From the NCBI GenBank assembly GCA_902385635.1, contig CABMGN010000008.1, positions 130,894 to 194,893 on the forward strand: DNA of 64,000 bases, given 5' to 3'. The stretch is from an uncultured archaeon. Lineage in GTDB: Archaea > Nanobdellota > Nanobdellia > Pacearchaeales > GW2011-AR1. Below the pieces are notes generated by a model. The model made no database searches, had not been told where the DNA came from, and was given only the letters and a program-made list of their open reading frames with translations. Below are positions 27,270 to 35,574 of the stretch, in pieces. Within the stretch, counting starts at the first letter, position 1; each line of letters starts with the position of its first letter. The position numbers were made by a program, and so were the translations under genes.

Positions 27270-28111
27270 AAAAAAGAAAAAATAATTTCTAAAATACCTG
27301 TAAAGAATAAAATAAAGAAAAGAACAAAACTGATTAGAAAAACTGGTGCAAAGGGTATGCCCTCTTTAATTTTTATTTTTTGATTAGACTTTTTAAGAAC
27401 TTTAATCTGATCTAAGGTTAAACCTTCCCAAGAAGTTTTCATGATTTTCCTGCCGATCCTAACATCTTTAAGAAGCCAGTCACCTTCCTGAAGTTTATTT
27501 GAAGAAATACTCTTGACTAAACAACTTCTTTCTAAAGTCTTAGCATAGATAAAAAGATATGGCATAATAAAAATTAAAAGGCCTAAATAAAAGAATAATT
27601 CCGATATAAACCCAAGAACCCCCAGTATAATAGCAAAGAGTAAGAAGAGTAGTATAACTGTTTTGTTTCTTTTAATAGACAAAGAAAAATTCTTTCTAAA
27701 ATTATTAAAATTTTTACCAACCAAAAAGAAGCTATATACCAATCCGTAAAATGCGCCTATAAATAAGAAGAGGATTAAGAAAAAGACAAAAGAAGTGAGA
27801 TTACTAGTAAAGCTAGAGAAGATTGGAAGAATAGCCCCCAAAGAAATTAAAAGTTTAGCATCTCCCCCCGCAAAAATGCGTGTGTAATAAAAGATATTCC
27901 CCAATACAAAAAATATTCCTAAACCAATTAATCCTTGGAAGAGAAAATTCCAATTAGAAGAAAATAAACTGTAGAAGAACCTGAAGCCAATAGCAAAAAT
28001 AGCAAGAGAAAAATTAAGCCAGTTTGAAATCTCTCTCGTCTTGGCATCTTGAACCGTCGCGAATATAATCCAGATTAAACCCAAAACAAAAAGGAAGACT
28101 ATTTCAAACAT
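27266..28111 (-). CDS. A24-family prepilin/preflagellin (class III signal) peptidase
   Basis: 281 aa and polytopic. First catalytic Asp context ATVQDAKTREISNW, second in IFAGGDAKLLISLG, plus an extra C-terminal soluble domain and TM. It is the last gene of the pilin-rich operon. Confidence 0.75.
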   Translation of the reverse strand: MFEIVFLFVLGLIWIIFATVQDAKTREISNWLNFSLAIFAIGFRFFYSLFSSNWNFLFQGLIGLGIFFVLGNIFYYTRIFAGGDAKLLISLGAILPIFSSFTSNLTSFVFFLILFLFIGAFYGLVYSFFLVGKNFNNFRKNFSLSIKRNKTVILLFLLFAIILGVLGFISELFFYLGLLIFIMPYLFIYAKTLERSCLVKSISSNKLQEGDWLLKDVRIGRKIMKTSWEGLTLDQIKVLKKSNQKIKIKEGIPFAPVFLISFVLFFILFFTGILEIIFSFF

Positions 28112-28148
28112 CTTAAATCAAAGAGAGTATAAGAATTTATAAAATAAA

Positions 28149-28265
28149 CTAATTTTTAATTTCAGTAGATCTATATTTTCCACCACGGTTATAAGGGTGT
28201 TTCTTTTTCTCTTTTCTCTTATCTTTAGACTTATTTCTTTTTTCAGCGCAGCAGTAGTCTGACAT
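28149..28265 (-). CDS. Possible small basic protein (38 aa)
   Basis: MSDYCCAEKRNKSKDKRKEKKKHPYNRGGKYRSTEIKN fills the gap between the last pilin-like gene and the peptidase. There is no family match or own promoter, so it is speculative. Confidence 0.2.
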   Translation of the reverse strand: MSDYCCAEKRNKSKDKRKEKKKHPYNRGGKYRSTEIKN

Positions 28266-28277
28266 TATTATTTAGAA

Positions 28278-28877
28278 TTAAAGCTTTACATCTGTGTCAG
28301 TACAAGTATACTGACTAGGAGCAGAGGAACTAGGAGAATCTAAGCAGAATATTTTATCTTGAGATTTTTTTCCAGAACATAAATTTTTAGCCACTAAAGG
28401 ATCTCCCCCAGTAACAGGACAAGCAGGATAGTTACAAAGGTAATTCTTTAGTACGCCCTTATCTAAGTAATAAACCTGAACTTGCTTTCCAACATTTTGG
28501 TTATCTGCACAAGCAGCAGTTAGAGCAGCAGGATCTGTACTTGAAACAAACATAAATTCAGGACAGGTTATAGAAGCACAACCCGCAACCGCGTAAGTAG
28601 GTCTCTGTTTATTCAAAAAGTCACAAGTAACCTGACTAAGCTTTTCAGTATCTGAAACTAAAGTTCTTTGAGCAGAACAGAAATCATACTGGCTATTTGT
28701 ACTACATGCAATCTCACAATTTGATACAACATCCTTAACATTATTCTTAGAGAAGTAACTAGAAAATTTATCCCATCCAGCAGAGAAACCAATAATCAAA
28801 AAGACCAAGATTACAATTCCCAATATCAAAAGAATAATTGTGCTAATAGGCAAACCTTGACCCCTTTTATTATCCAT
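28278..28877 (-). CDS. Type IV pilin-like protein (class III signal peptide), Cys-rich
   Basis: 199 aa. MDNKRG|QGLPISTIILLILGIVILVFLII, then a Cys-rich globular part (12 Cys). Confidence 0.6.
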   Translation of the reverse strand: MDNKRGQGLPISTIILLILGIVILVFLIIGFSAGWDKFSSYFSKNNVKDVVSNCEIACSTNSQYDFCSAQRTLVSDTEKLSQVTCDFLNKQRPTYAVAGCASITCPEFMFVSSTDPAALTAACADNQNVGKQVQVYYLDKGVLKNYLCNYPACPVTGGDPLVAKNLCSGKKSQDKIFCLDSPSSSAPSQYTCTDTDVKL

Positions 28878-28925
28878 GAATTACCTAGCCTTCTTTTGTT
28901 TAAAAAGCTTTTTATGATGTAAGGT

Positions 28926-29354
28926 CTATGGGTGATATGGGTACTGAACGTAAAGAACTTCCTTTTCATAAGGAATAACAAAAAACTTATACTCGGTAGA
29001 AGTATAGGTTCCAGTAATAACATACTCTTCAGAAGGTTTCTCTACAAAAAAAGATGAAGACTGTAAGTTGAAATTAACCGCCCCAGATTTTTTAAGGAAT
29101 GAGACCTTTTTATACATAGAATTAACGCTAGCTAAAATATTTTGTTCGTCTAAGGTTTTAGAGTTAATCAAAACAGAATAAAGGAGAAATTTATCTGAGA
29201 TTAAATCTACGGTTTGTATAACAAAAATCTGGGAGAAAGTTCCCTGAACTTTTTGTTCAGAAGAATAAAAACTAAGAAGTGTTAAAGAGCACACAGCAAG
29301 AACCCCTAAAACCAGAAGAGTTATTGGAATATTAGCTTTTTTTGATTTAATCAT
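28926..29354 (-). CDS. Type IV pilin-like protein
   Basis: 142 aa. MIKSKKA|NIPITLLVLGVLAVCSLTLL. Its start overlaps the upstream stop by 4 nt. Confidence 0.5.
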   Translation of the reverse strand: MIKSKKANIPITLLVLGVLAVCSLTLLSFYSSEQKVQGTFSQIFVIQTVDLISDKFLLYSVLINSKTLDEQNILASVNSMYKKVSFLKKSGAVNFNLQSSSFFVEKPSEEYVITGTYTSTEYKFFVIPYEKEVLYVQYPYHP

Positions 29355-29830
29355 TTTGAAAAAGCAAAGTCTAACCTCCGATCATTGTTTATTCTTAGAG
29401 TATCACAGTAGAAAGTATAGCCGAACCACTGGATATTACAAACGGTAACTGATTCAAAATAAGGATTTTTCAATTGCTCTACTTTATTATTGTTATTATA
29501 AGAAATAATGAAGGAGGACTTAGTGTAGATTGATTCTAGATTGTTAACAAAAATTTTAACAGCTAAACTCCCAGTATTCTGATCCAAGTTTCCAAAATTA
29601 GCAATCTGAGAGAAAACAAAAGAACCAGACAGAGGAGTAGCTAAATAACTCATAACTTCTTTATTTTTTATTAAATCCCAAGAAAAAGGATTGATAACCT
29701 TTCTCGTTTGAGAACCCCCCCACAAGATAGAAGGCGCAAGTATTGATAAAAAAAGAATAACTATAATAATAATTGTTGCGATAAACCATGTAAGGGTATC
29801 CCCGATTTGTCCTTTCTTAGAGTTTAGCAT
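29351..29830 (-). CDS. Type IV pilin-like protein
   Basis: 159 aa. MLNSKKG|QIGDTLTWFIATIIIIVILFLSIL. Confidence 0.6.
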   Translation of the reverse strand: MLNSKKGQIGDTLTWFIATIIIIVILFLSILAPSILWGGSQTRKVINPFSWDLIKNKEVMSYLATPLSGSFVFSQIANFGNLDQNTGSLAVKIFVNNLESIYTKSSFIISYNNNNKVEQLKNPYFESVTVCNIQWFGYTFYCDTLRINNDRRLDFAFSK

Positions 29831-30308
29831 TTTTTTCTCCTTTATTTATAGCAACATCCATATTCACAAAGTACTGAGTACCCTCACTGTCAACAGCGTA
29901 AACTTTTCTGCTCAGACAGTATGGAAGATTTTTTTGATGTCCATTTTTTTGGAGGTCGCAAAAGTCATTCAGCGAAGGGCTTCCTGTTTGATTGCTAAAA
30001 ATAACAGATCCAGTAGAAAAATCAGAGACAACAACAGAAACAAAAAACTGACTGTCATTTTCCCACTTAGCATACTTCTCAGTTTCAAAAGTAAGTTTAC
30101 AATAAGAGAAAAAATCTGGAGCATTAAAAGCATCCATTTTTAGATATAGTTCCGGAATTAAACAGTTAGAAATTTGATAAACAAGGGCGTTTGATTCAAC
30201 TTCACGTATATCATAAGGTTCACCATAAAAATTAGAAACCATATAGACTATTGCACCTGCGACTATAAAGATAATTGCAAACCAATAAACAGACATTACC
30301 TTTTCCAT
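29817..30308 (-). CDS. N-terminally anchored pilus-locus protein
   Basis: 163 aa. MEKVMSVYWFAIIFIVAGAIVYMV has no basic-G leader but is a single N-terminal helix, followed by a Cys-containing globular part. It overlaps both neighbours. Confidence 0.45.
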   Translation of the reverse strand: MEKVMSVYWFAIIFIVAGAIVYMVSNFYGEPYDIREVESNALVYQISNCLIPELYLKMDAFNAPDFFSYCKLTFETEKYAKWENDSQFFVSVVVSDFSTGSVIFSNQTGSPSLNDFCDLQKNGHQKNLPYCLSRKVYAVDSEGTQYFVNMDVAINKGEKNAKL

Positions 30309-30709
30309 TATTCTTTAGTAGTTATTCGCAAGACTAATTTATTTTCTTCAAGATATTTATCAATATTAATCTGTTTAGCATCTCTAAAAAAGGAGTAATC
30401 ATATCCCTTACGCCCGGCGATATTAACATTAACAACATTATTTGTAATAGTAACTACATTCTCGATAGGAACTCCGTTACTTTTCGCTTTTGAAAAGGCC
30501 TCTTCCATATCAAGCTTAATTAGCATCGGAGTTTTAGAGTAATCAACCAAGAGAGCTATCTGTTTAGAATACTGTTCTTCCATTAAAGCCGGACCAGACA
30601 TTTTTGAATAAATAAACAATATTAGAATACTCAAAAAAACCAGATTCAGAATAATAAAAATAAGATTTTCGGTAAGAATTTGTCCGTTTTTATCCCTCAA
30701 TTTCAGCAT
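30308..30709 (-). CDS. Type IV pilin-like protein
   Basis: 133 aa. MLKLRDKNG|QILTENLIFIILNLVFLSILILF. Confidence 0.6.
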   Translation of the reverse strand: MLKLRDKNGQILTENLIFIILNLVFLSILILFIYSKMSGPALMEEQYSKQIALLVDYSKTPMLIKLDMEEAFSKAKSNGVPIENVVTITNNVVNVNIAGRKGYDYSFFRDAKQINIDKYLEENKLVLRITTKE

Positions 30710-30754
30710 ACAAACAAAAGAAGAAGAATATTAATAAACTTTTAGAAAACAAAG

Positions 30755-31498
30755 TTAACCTTTAGTAACATCAAAAAGGTCACAAACCCCGGGGGTAGAA
30801 GGAATATCTTCTACCGCTATAATTGAAGGATGAACTGGAGAAGACTTTTGAAAACCAAACCATTCTAAGTCAGGATTTATTCCGGTTATTATTGCGTATT
30901 TCTTCTTTAAATCCAAGTCAGGGATTGGGTACATTCTACCCTTAGAAGAAAGAGCGTCTTCAACAGTGTTAGTAGAATATAAATAAGAAGCATACGTTTG
31001 AGAAGCATCTTTCTTTTCAAGCTCAAGATAAAGAGTTAGGTCATCTTTAGTTATTGAAATCGAGTTGAGAGAGTCTCCAAATTTAATAATAGAACAAACC
31101 GCACAGTGATAAGAATAACTACCCGAAACACTATTCTGAACATACTTAACATTTCCCTCACCAAACATCATCCAACAATCTGAAAGTTCATTAGCAAGAG
31201 CGCTAAGTATTTGTTTCCGCTCATCTCCGGGGAGTATTTTAATTGTTTCATCTGCCTTAATATCTGTACAAGCCTCACCGCGAGTTATACAAACGTAATT
31301 TGTTTCACAGTTTGGATTTTTACTCACAGGATCTTTTCCTGAGAGGATTACTGATGCCTTGCAGATTTCTCTTTTTGAGTCTTCCTGGAGATTTAAACGA
31401 GAGAGAAAAATAATTATTACTGCAAAACTTAAAACCAAAATGATAAGTGCAACTATCTGAGCAGTAGTTAATTCCCCTTTTTGATTTCTTTTAAACAT
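30755..31498 (-). CDS. Type IV pilin-like protein, Cys-rich
   Basis: 247 aa. MFKRNQKG|ELTTAQIVALIILVLSFAVIIIF, then a globular domain with 9 Cys. Confidence 0.6.
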   Translation of the reverse strand: MFKRNQKGELTTAQIVALIILVLSFAVIIIFLSRLNLQEDSKREICKASVILSGKDPVSKNPNCETNYVCITRGEACTDIKADETIKILPGDERKQILSALANELSDCWMMFGEGNVKYVQNSVSGSYSYHCAVCSIIKFGDSLNSISITKDDLTLYLELEKKDASQTYASYLYSTNTVEDALSSKGRMYPIPDLDLKKKYAIITGINPDLEWFGFQKSSPVHPSIIAVEDIPSTPGVCDLFDVTKG

Positions 31499-31499
31499 T

Positions 31500-31601
31500 T
31501 TAGATTATTGAAAGAGCTTTTAATAAACTGTATAAACCAAATAAAGCAATCATAAAAAATACAACCCAGATTATATATTTTATGAACTCATCAAAATTCA
31601 T
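31500..31601 (-). CDS. Micro-ORF: 33-aa single-TM protein
   Basis: MNFDEFIKYIIWVVFFMIALFGLYSLLKALSII. Its ATG overlaps the upstream TGA (ATGA) and its stop is 1 nt from the next ATG. It is below the ORF-track size cutoff. Confidence 0.35.
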   Translation of the reverse strand: MNFDEFIKYIIWVVFFMIALFGLYSLLKALSII

Positions 31602-32137
31602 TTTTTAGAAACCCCCACAAAAGTTGGATCAGAGTAATCCATCTGTAAATAAGTTGGGGAAGATTTTAGTTCCTCAAACAGATTATACAAAAAGACTTTC
31701 TCTTTATTTTCAGTACAAGACCACTTCGGACATTCTTCTAAAAGATTATCCTGGACATCTGTCCTAAAAATAGGGATAATATTTCCTAGGAGGTCTTTTA
31801 TTCCAAGACTATAAGAAGTTCTACAAATACAAACACAACTTGCCCAACCAACATTAGAGCAACTAGTTGGAAGAGGCCCACCTTCAGCCCAAGCAACAAG
31901 ATAGAATTTATTCAGAGATCCAGAAGTTGGATTAAAAACATCGAAAGTTTCGTGCTTTAAAGAAACTGCTTCATTAAACTTAGAGAGAGTTGACTTTGCC
32001 ATTTCTGCTTCTCTATTTGTAGTATAACTATTATAAATACCGAGAAGGAGGGAGACCAAGAAAATTATGCAAATTACTGCAATAACTATCTTTAAAGTTT
32101 CTTCAGAAAGTAAATTTCCTCTCTTATTGTTCAACAT
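31598..32137 (-). CDS. Type IV pilin-like protein
   Basis: 179 aa. MLNNKRG|NLLSEETLKIVIAVICIIFLVSLLLGI, with a Cys-containing C-terminal domain. Confidence 0.6.
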   Translation of the reverse strand: MLNNKRGNLLSEETLKIVIAVICIIFLVSLLLGIYNSYTTNREAEMAKSTLSKFNEAVSLKHETFDVFNPTSGSLNKFYLVAWAEGGPLPTSCSNVGWASCVCICRTSYSLGIKDLLGNIIPIFRTDVQDNLLEECPKWSCTENKEKVFLYNLFEELKSSPTYLQMDYSDPTFVGVSKK

Positions 32138-32138
32138 G

Positions 32139-32303
32139 TTAAATCAAACTTAAAAAGAATTTACTAACATTTCCTGAAGGCAGACCTTTAATGAAATCTA
32201 TATAATAGTTTTTAAAGAGAAAACTTACACCAATAACAACCAGTACAACAACAAGTATAGCTAGAATCGTTTTAACAAGTTGGCTGACAGTTAATTCACT
32301 CAT
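32139..32303 (-). CDS. Micro-ORF: 54-aa single-TM protein
   Basis: MSELTVSQLVKTILAILVVVLVVIGVSFLFKNYYIDFIKGLPSGNVSKFFLSLI. Its stop is 1 nt from the next ATG, and its start is 1 nt after the upstream stop. Confidence 0.4.
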   Translation of the reverse strand: MSELTVSQLVKTILAILVVVLVVIGVSFLFKNYYIDFIKGLPSGNVSKFFLSLI

Positions 32304-32304
32304 G

Positions 32305-32460
32305 CTAATGCCCCCCAGATTTAAATAAATTTTTAATCATATCTATAGCCGCAATTCCACGGTCCTTACTCAAAGCAATCCCAATAACTAAAATAGTCAA
32401 GACTACAAGAGCAATAATAATCCACGGAAGATAATCCATAACAATCCCTCTTTTCCTCAT
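32305..32460 (-). CDS. Micro-ORF: 51-aa minimal pilin-like protein
   Basis: MRKRG|IVMDYLPWIIIALVVLTILVIGIALSKDRGIAAIDMIKNLFKSGGH is a basic-G leader plus a hydrophobic helix. It is the first gene after the platform protein. Confidence 0.4.
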   Translation of the reverse strand: MRKRGIVMDYLPWIIIALVVLTILVIGIALSKDRGIAAIDMIKNLFKSGGH

Positions 32461-32495
32461 GTAGTTAGTTAAGAAAAAGAATTAATAAATTTAAC

Positions 32496-34724
32496 TTAAG
32501 AACCAAAACCCGTAAGGACAACGGAGGTTAGTACAAATAAGGCGATTGTTGCAAAGAAAGCAACAATAAAGTAAAGAGCAACTCCTGCCTGTAAATTTTT
32601 ACCTGTTTTGTTTACTTTTTCTAATTTATCCTCTCCAGAGTCTACAGCAACAAGGGTATCAGTTAAAATAAAGATTATTTCAATTAGGTAGATACCAACT
32701 ATAATCTGCAAAAAGTATGGTGGGATCATAGACTCCATCTTAAAAATATCTAAGATAGAACTTAAATTCCCTAAACCACTTGCGCCACTTGAGTCAAGTT
32801 GAGAAAGATTTAGCTTTCCAAGTATTGCGGTGATCATAGCTGCAAGACCAACAACAACTCCCGAAAGGAGCGGGGCTAAGAAAGTCATATTGCTCTTCAT
32901 ATCAGAAACAATTTCTGCGAGCATATCTCTAAGTCTAGCGCTTATCTTCTGAATATTTTTAACATACTCTGAAATGCTCATTAAAGAAATAGCCGCAACA
33001 TCTAATCCTTTTTTAGAAGATTCTATAAGAACCCTCATACTTGTCGCGATTAGTTCTGAAGGATAGTAAATTATTGCGCCGCGATTAGGATCAAAGATAG
33101 CTTTCTCTACACTCATACCCAACTGACGGATATTGTAATTGACTCTTCTAAAAAAATCCTCGGTCTTCAGACCCTTAGTAGACTCTGCAACATTTGCGAA
33201 GACTAACTCAGGAGGAACACCATTACCAATTCTGTTTCCTAACTGGAATAAAGAGCTATTAAATTCAGCTTCTAATTCTTTTGTTTTCTCCCTCTCAACA
33301 ATCAATTCTTTTGTTTTCCATCTATACGAAAGAGCAAAAAACAAACCCAGCCCAAGAGGAACAAACATTCCCATCAGAACAGAACCTATACCAAAAGGAC
33401 CAGCATAACTTCCATTAGCTAATTTAATGAAACCAAAAAGTTTCTCAGCACCCAAAGATTCCATTCCAGTTATGTCTCCTAATGATGGGTCATAAGGTTG
33501 TCCTGCGGAAGATAATCCTAACCAATGAGGTAGTGGGGTATAACCCATTAACAAGGGGAGAAACCCTATAATTAACAAAGGAAGACAGATTAAGAAAGCT
33601 TTCAGATAAGGTTTATTATCTTTATATTTGTAATAAAGAGGATTTTTTTCTAAAAGCGAGGACTCTCCATACCCCCCAGGTCTCAGGCTCATGACTTTAT
33701 CTGTTAAGAAGAAAACAAAAAAAGGAATCAGTAAATTAAATCCAACAAAAACAATAACCCAATTAATCATTCCCCCCAGCATTGCAGAAGCAAGAGGAAG
33801 CAAAGCAAGCCCCAGTGTTGGAAGGACAACCCCCAGCATGTAAACATTTGTAAGTGGACTTCGAACATTATGAGTAAACTTAAGCATTTTATCATAAACA
33901 CCATCTAAAACAACCTGCAAAGATTTTTCTAGGGTAGTAATTCTACGACCGTTATCTGGCTCAAACAAACTACTCTCGATTAAATGAAATGCCTCTATAA
34001 ACTCTGAAGAATAATCTCTCCAAGTTTCAAGATAGTTATCAAGACTATCCTTGATAGTAGAAAATTTTCCAATTTCAACATTGTAGAAAACTTTTTTGAA
34101 ATCTAAAGAAAGGGGATACTGTAAATGTTGTGAAGCAAAAGCAATCGCTTTCTCTAAATTAGGTGTATGCCTCATATAAACAACAATGTAAAGAATTGCT
34201 GGAACCATCTGAGAACTTGCTTTAAGTCTCCATTTATTTGCAAGTCTTCGCGGATATTCATTCACAAAGTAAAATAAAAATAAAGAAAAGATTAAGATAA
34301 GGAAGAAGAGTAAAAAAGGAAAAGCAGATATTAAATTTCCCAAAAAATCTCCAGTCAGGTTACTTGCTTGAATTATTGCAATCGCTAAACAAATCAAGGT
34401 TCCTACAAAGAAGACTCCAATGAAACTCATAACACCAAGGGTCAGAGCTTGCCAGGGTTCTAAATCAATATGGGCTATCTCTAAATTTTTCTTGACTTTA
34501 TCTTCATCTTTTGCAGAAACTTTTAATTTTATAACACTCCCTAAACTTCTCCCCCATCTTTCGTAACGAGAGAGTTCTGGAGCCATTTCTTCTTTGAATG
34601 TTGTATATTCTCTACTCCAGCCAGAAGAGCTACTAACTGCGTCTGTTTTTATCTGGCCTTCAATCTTAGCCCCATACTTGTTAAGAATATCCCTCACCTC
34701 TGGTTTTTTTTCATCACTAGACAT
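32496..34724 (-). CDS. Polytopic pilus platform protein (T2SS-F / FlaJ / TadC-like), enlarged
   Basis: 742 aa. A cytoplasmic N-domain is followed by at least 9 predicted TM helices in two clusters separated by soluble helical regions. Its position next to the secretion ATPase is typical for the platform subunit. Confidence 0.6.
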   Translation of the reverse strand: MSSDEKKPEVRDILNKYGAKIEGQIKTDAVSSSSGWSREYTTFKEEMAPELSRYERWGRSLGSVIKLKVSAKDEDKVKKNLEIAHIDLEPWQALTLGVMSFIGVFFVGTLICLAIAIIQASNLTGDFLGNLISAFPFLLFFLILIFSLFLFYFVNEYPRRLANKWRLKASSQMVPAILYIVVYMRHTPNLEKAIAFASQHLQYPLSLDFKKVFYNVEIGKFSTIKDSLDNYLETWRDYSSEFIEAFHLIESSLFEPDNGRRITTLEKSLQVVLDGVYDKMLKFTHNVRSPLTNVYMLGVVLPTLGLALLPLASAMLGGMINWVIVFVGFNLLIPFFVFFLTDKVMSLRPGGYGESSLLEKNPLYYKYKDNKPYLKAFLICLPLLIIGFLPLLMGYTPLPHWLGLSSAGQPYDPSLGDITGMESLGAEKLFGFIKLANGSYAGPFGIGSVLMGMFVPLGLGLFFALSYRWKTKELIVEREKTKELEAEFNSSLFQLGNRIGNGVPPELVFANVAESTKGLKTEDFFRRVNYNIRQLGMSVEKAIFDPNRGAIIYYPSELIATSMRVLIESSKKGLDVAAISLMSISEYVKNIQKISARLRDMLAEIVSDMKSNMTFLAPLLSGVVVGLAAMITAILGKLNLSQLDSSGASGLGNLSSILDIFKMESMIPPYFLQIIVGIYLIEIIFILTDTLVAVDSGEDKLEKVNKTGKNLQAGVALYFIVAFFATIALFVLTSVVLTGFGS

Positions 34725-34790
34725 AATAAATCACCACTGATATCTACGATAAAATAAGAACTTTTGATTAATAAACCTTCTTTTTTAGAA

Positions 34791-35540
34791 TTACTTTATC
34801 TTAAAGGTTGCACTTACTCTTGCGCTAACATCCTGGTCAGAAGGAGTTAAATTAGAAACAGCATCTTTAGCAACAGTTGCTTCAGCAGTCATTGCTCCCC
34901 CCATATTAGTATAAAGATTTCTTGGGGCATAATAATACTCATCAACAGAAACAGAAACTAACTTCCCAACCTGCTTTCCGAATCCTTCTGCAAGGGCCTG
35001 GGCTTTATTCTGAGCATCATCAGAAGCAAGTTTTATCGCTTGAGACTTATACTCTGATTGTTTTGTAGGACTCAACTCAAAGTTAATGGAGTTTATCTGT
35101 GCGCCAGCAGCTACTCCAGAATCTATTGCTTCACTAACTTTGTCAAAATTTTCTGAAGGTAATTCTAATTGAAGTGTATGCGTAGCTTTAAATCCATTTT
35201 TAGTGCTCTTTCCGTTTATCCACTCGATATTTTCATATATACTAAAAGACTGTGTTTGTAATTTATCAGAAGAAATTCCAACTTTATCCAGCTCTGCTTT
35301 CAATTTATCAAAAACCAAGTCATTCTTATCTTTTGCATCTTGACTAGTTGTTCCTTGAGTCTCGATACTATAATAGATTGTGATTAAGTCGGGAACAGCC
35401 TTAACAACCCCCGAACCCTGAACATTAACCGTATCAGAATAATTCTGGGGAGCAAATTGATTAAATGCGAAATATCCCAGAATAGCTACGATTAAAATCG
35501 TTGCACAAATTAACAAGGTAATCTTCACGCCTTTTTCCAT
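34791..35540 (-). CDS. SIMPL (DUF541) domain protein, N-terminally anchored
   Basis: 249 aa. A TM anchor, then VNVQGSGVVKAVPDLITIYYSIETQGTTSQDAKDKN... and the C-terminal VSARVSATFKI, which is the SIMPL/26-kDa periplasmic-antigen-like pattern. Confidence 0.7.
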   Translation of the reverse strand: MEKGVKITLLICATILIVAILGYFAFNQFAPQNYSDTVNVQGSGVVKAVPDLITIYYSIETQGTTSQDAKDKNDLVFDKLKAELDKVGISSDKLQTQSFSIYENIEWINGKSTKNGFKATHTLQLELPSENFDKVSEAIDSGVAAGAQINSINFELSPTKQSEYKSQAIKLASDDAQNKAQALAEGFGKQVGKLVSVSVDEYYYAPRNLYTNMGGAMTAEATVAKDAVSNLTPSDQDVSARVSATFKIK

Positions 35541-35574
35541 AGGTAGTAAAATAAGGCTAGGTTTTTAATTATTT

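Noticed and set aside
28149-28265. The 38-aa basic ORF as a ribosomal protein (L41e/S30e-like).
   Set aside because: Its sequence does not match any small ribosomal protein I can recall. It is kept only as a low-confidence ORF.
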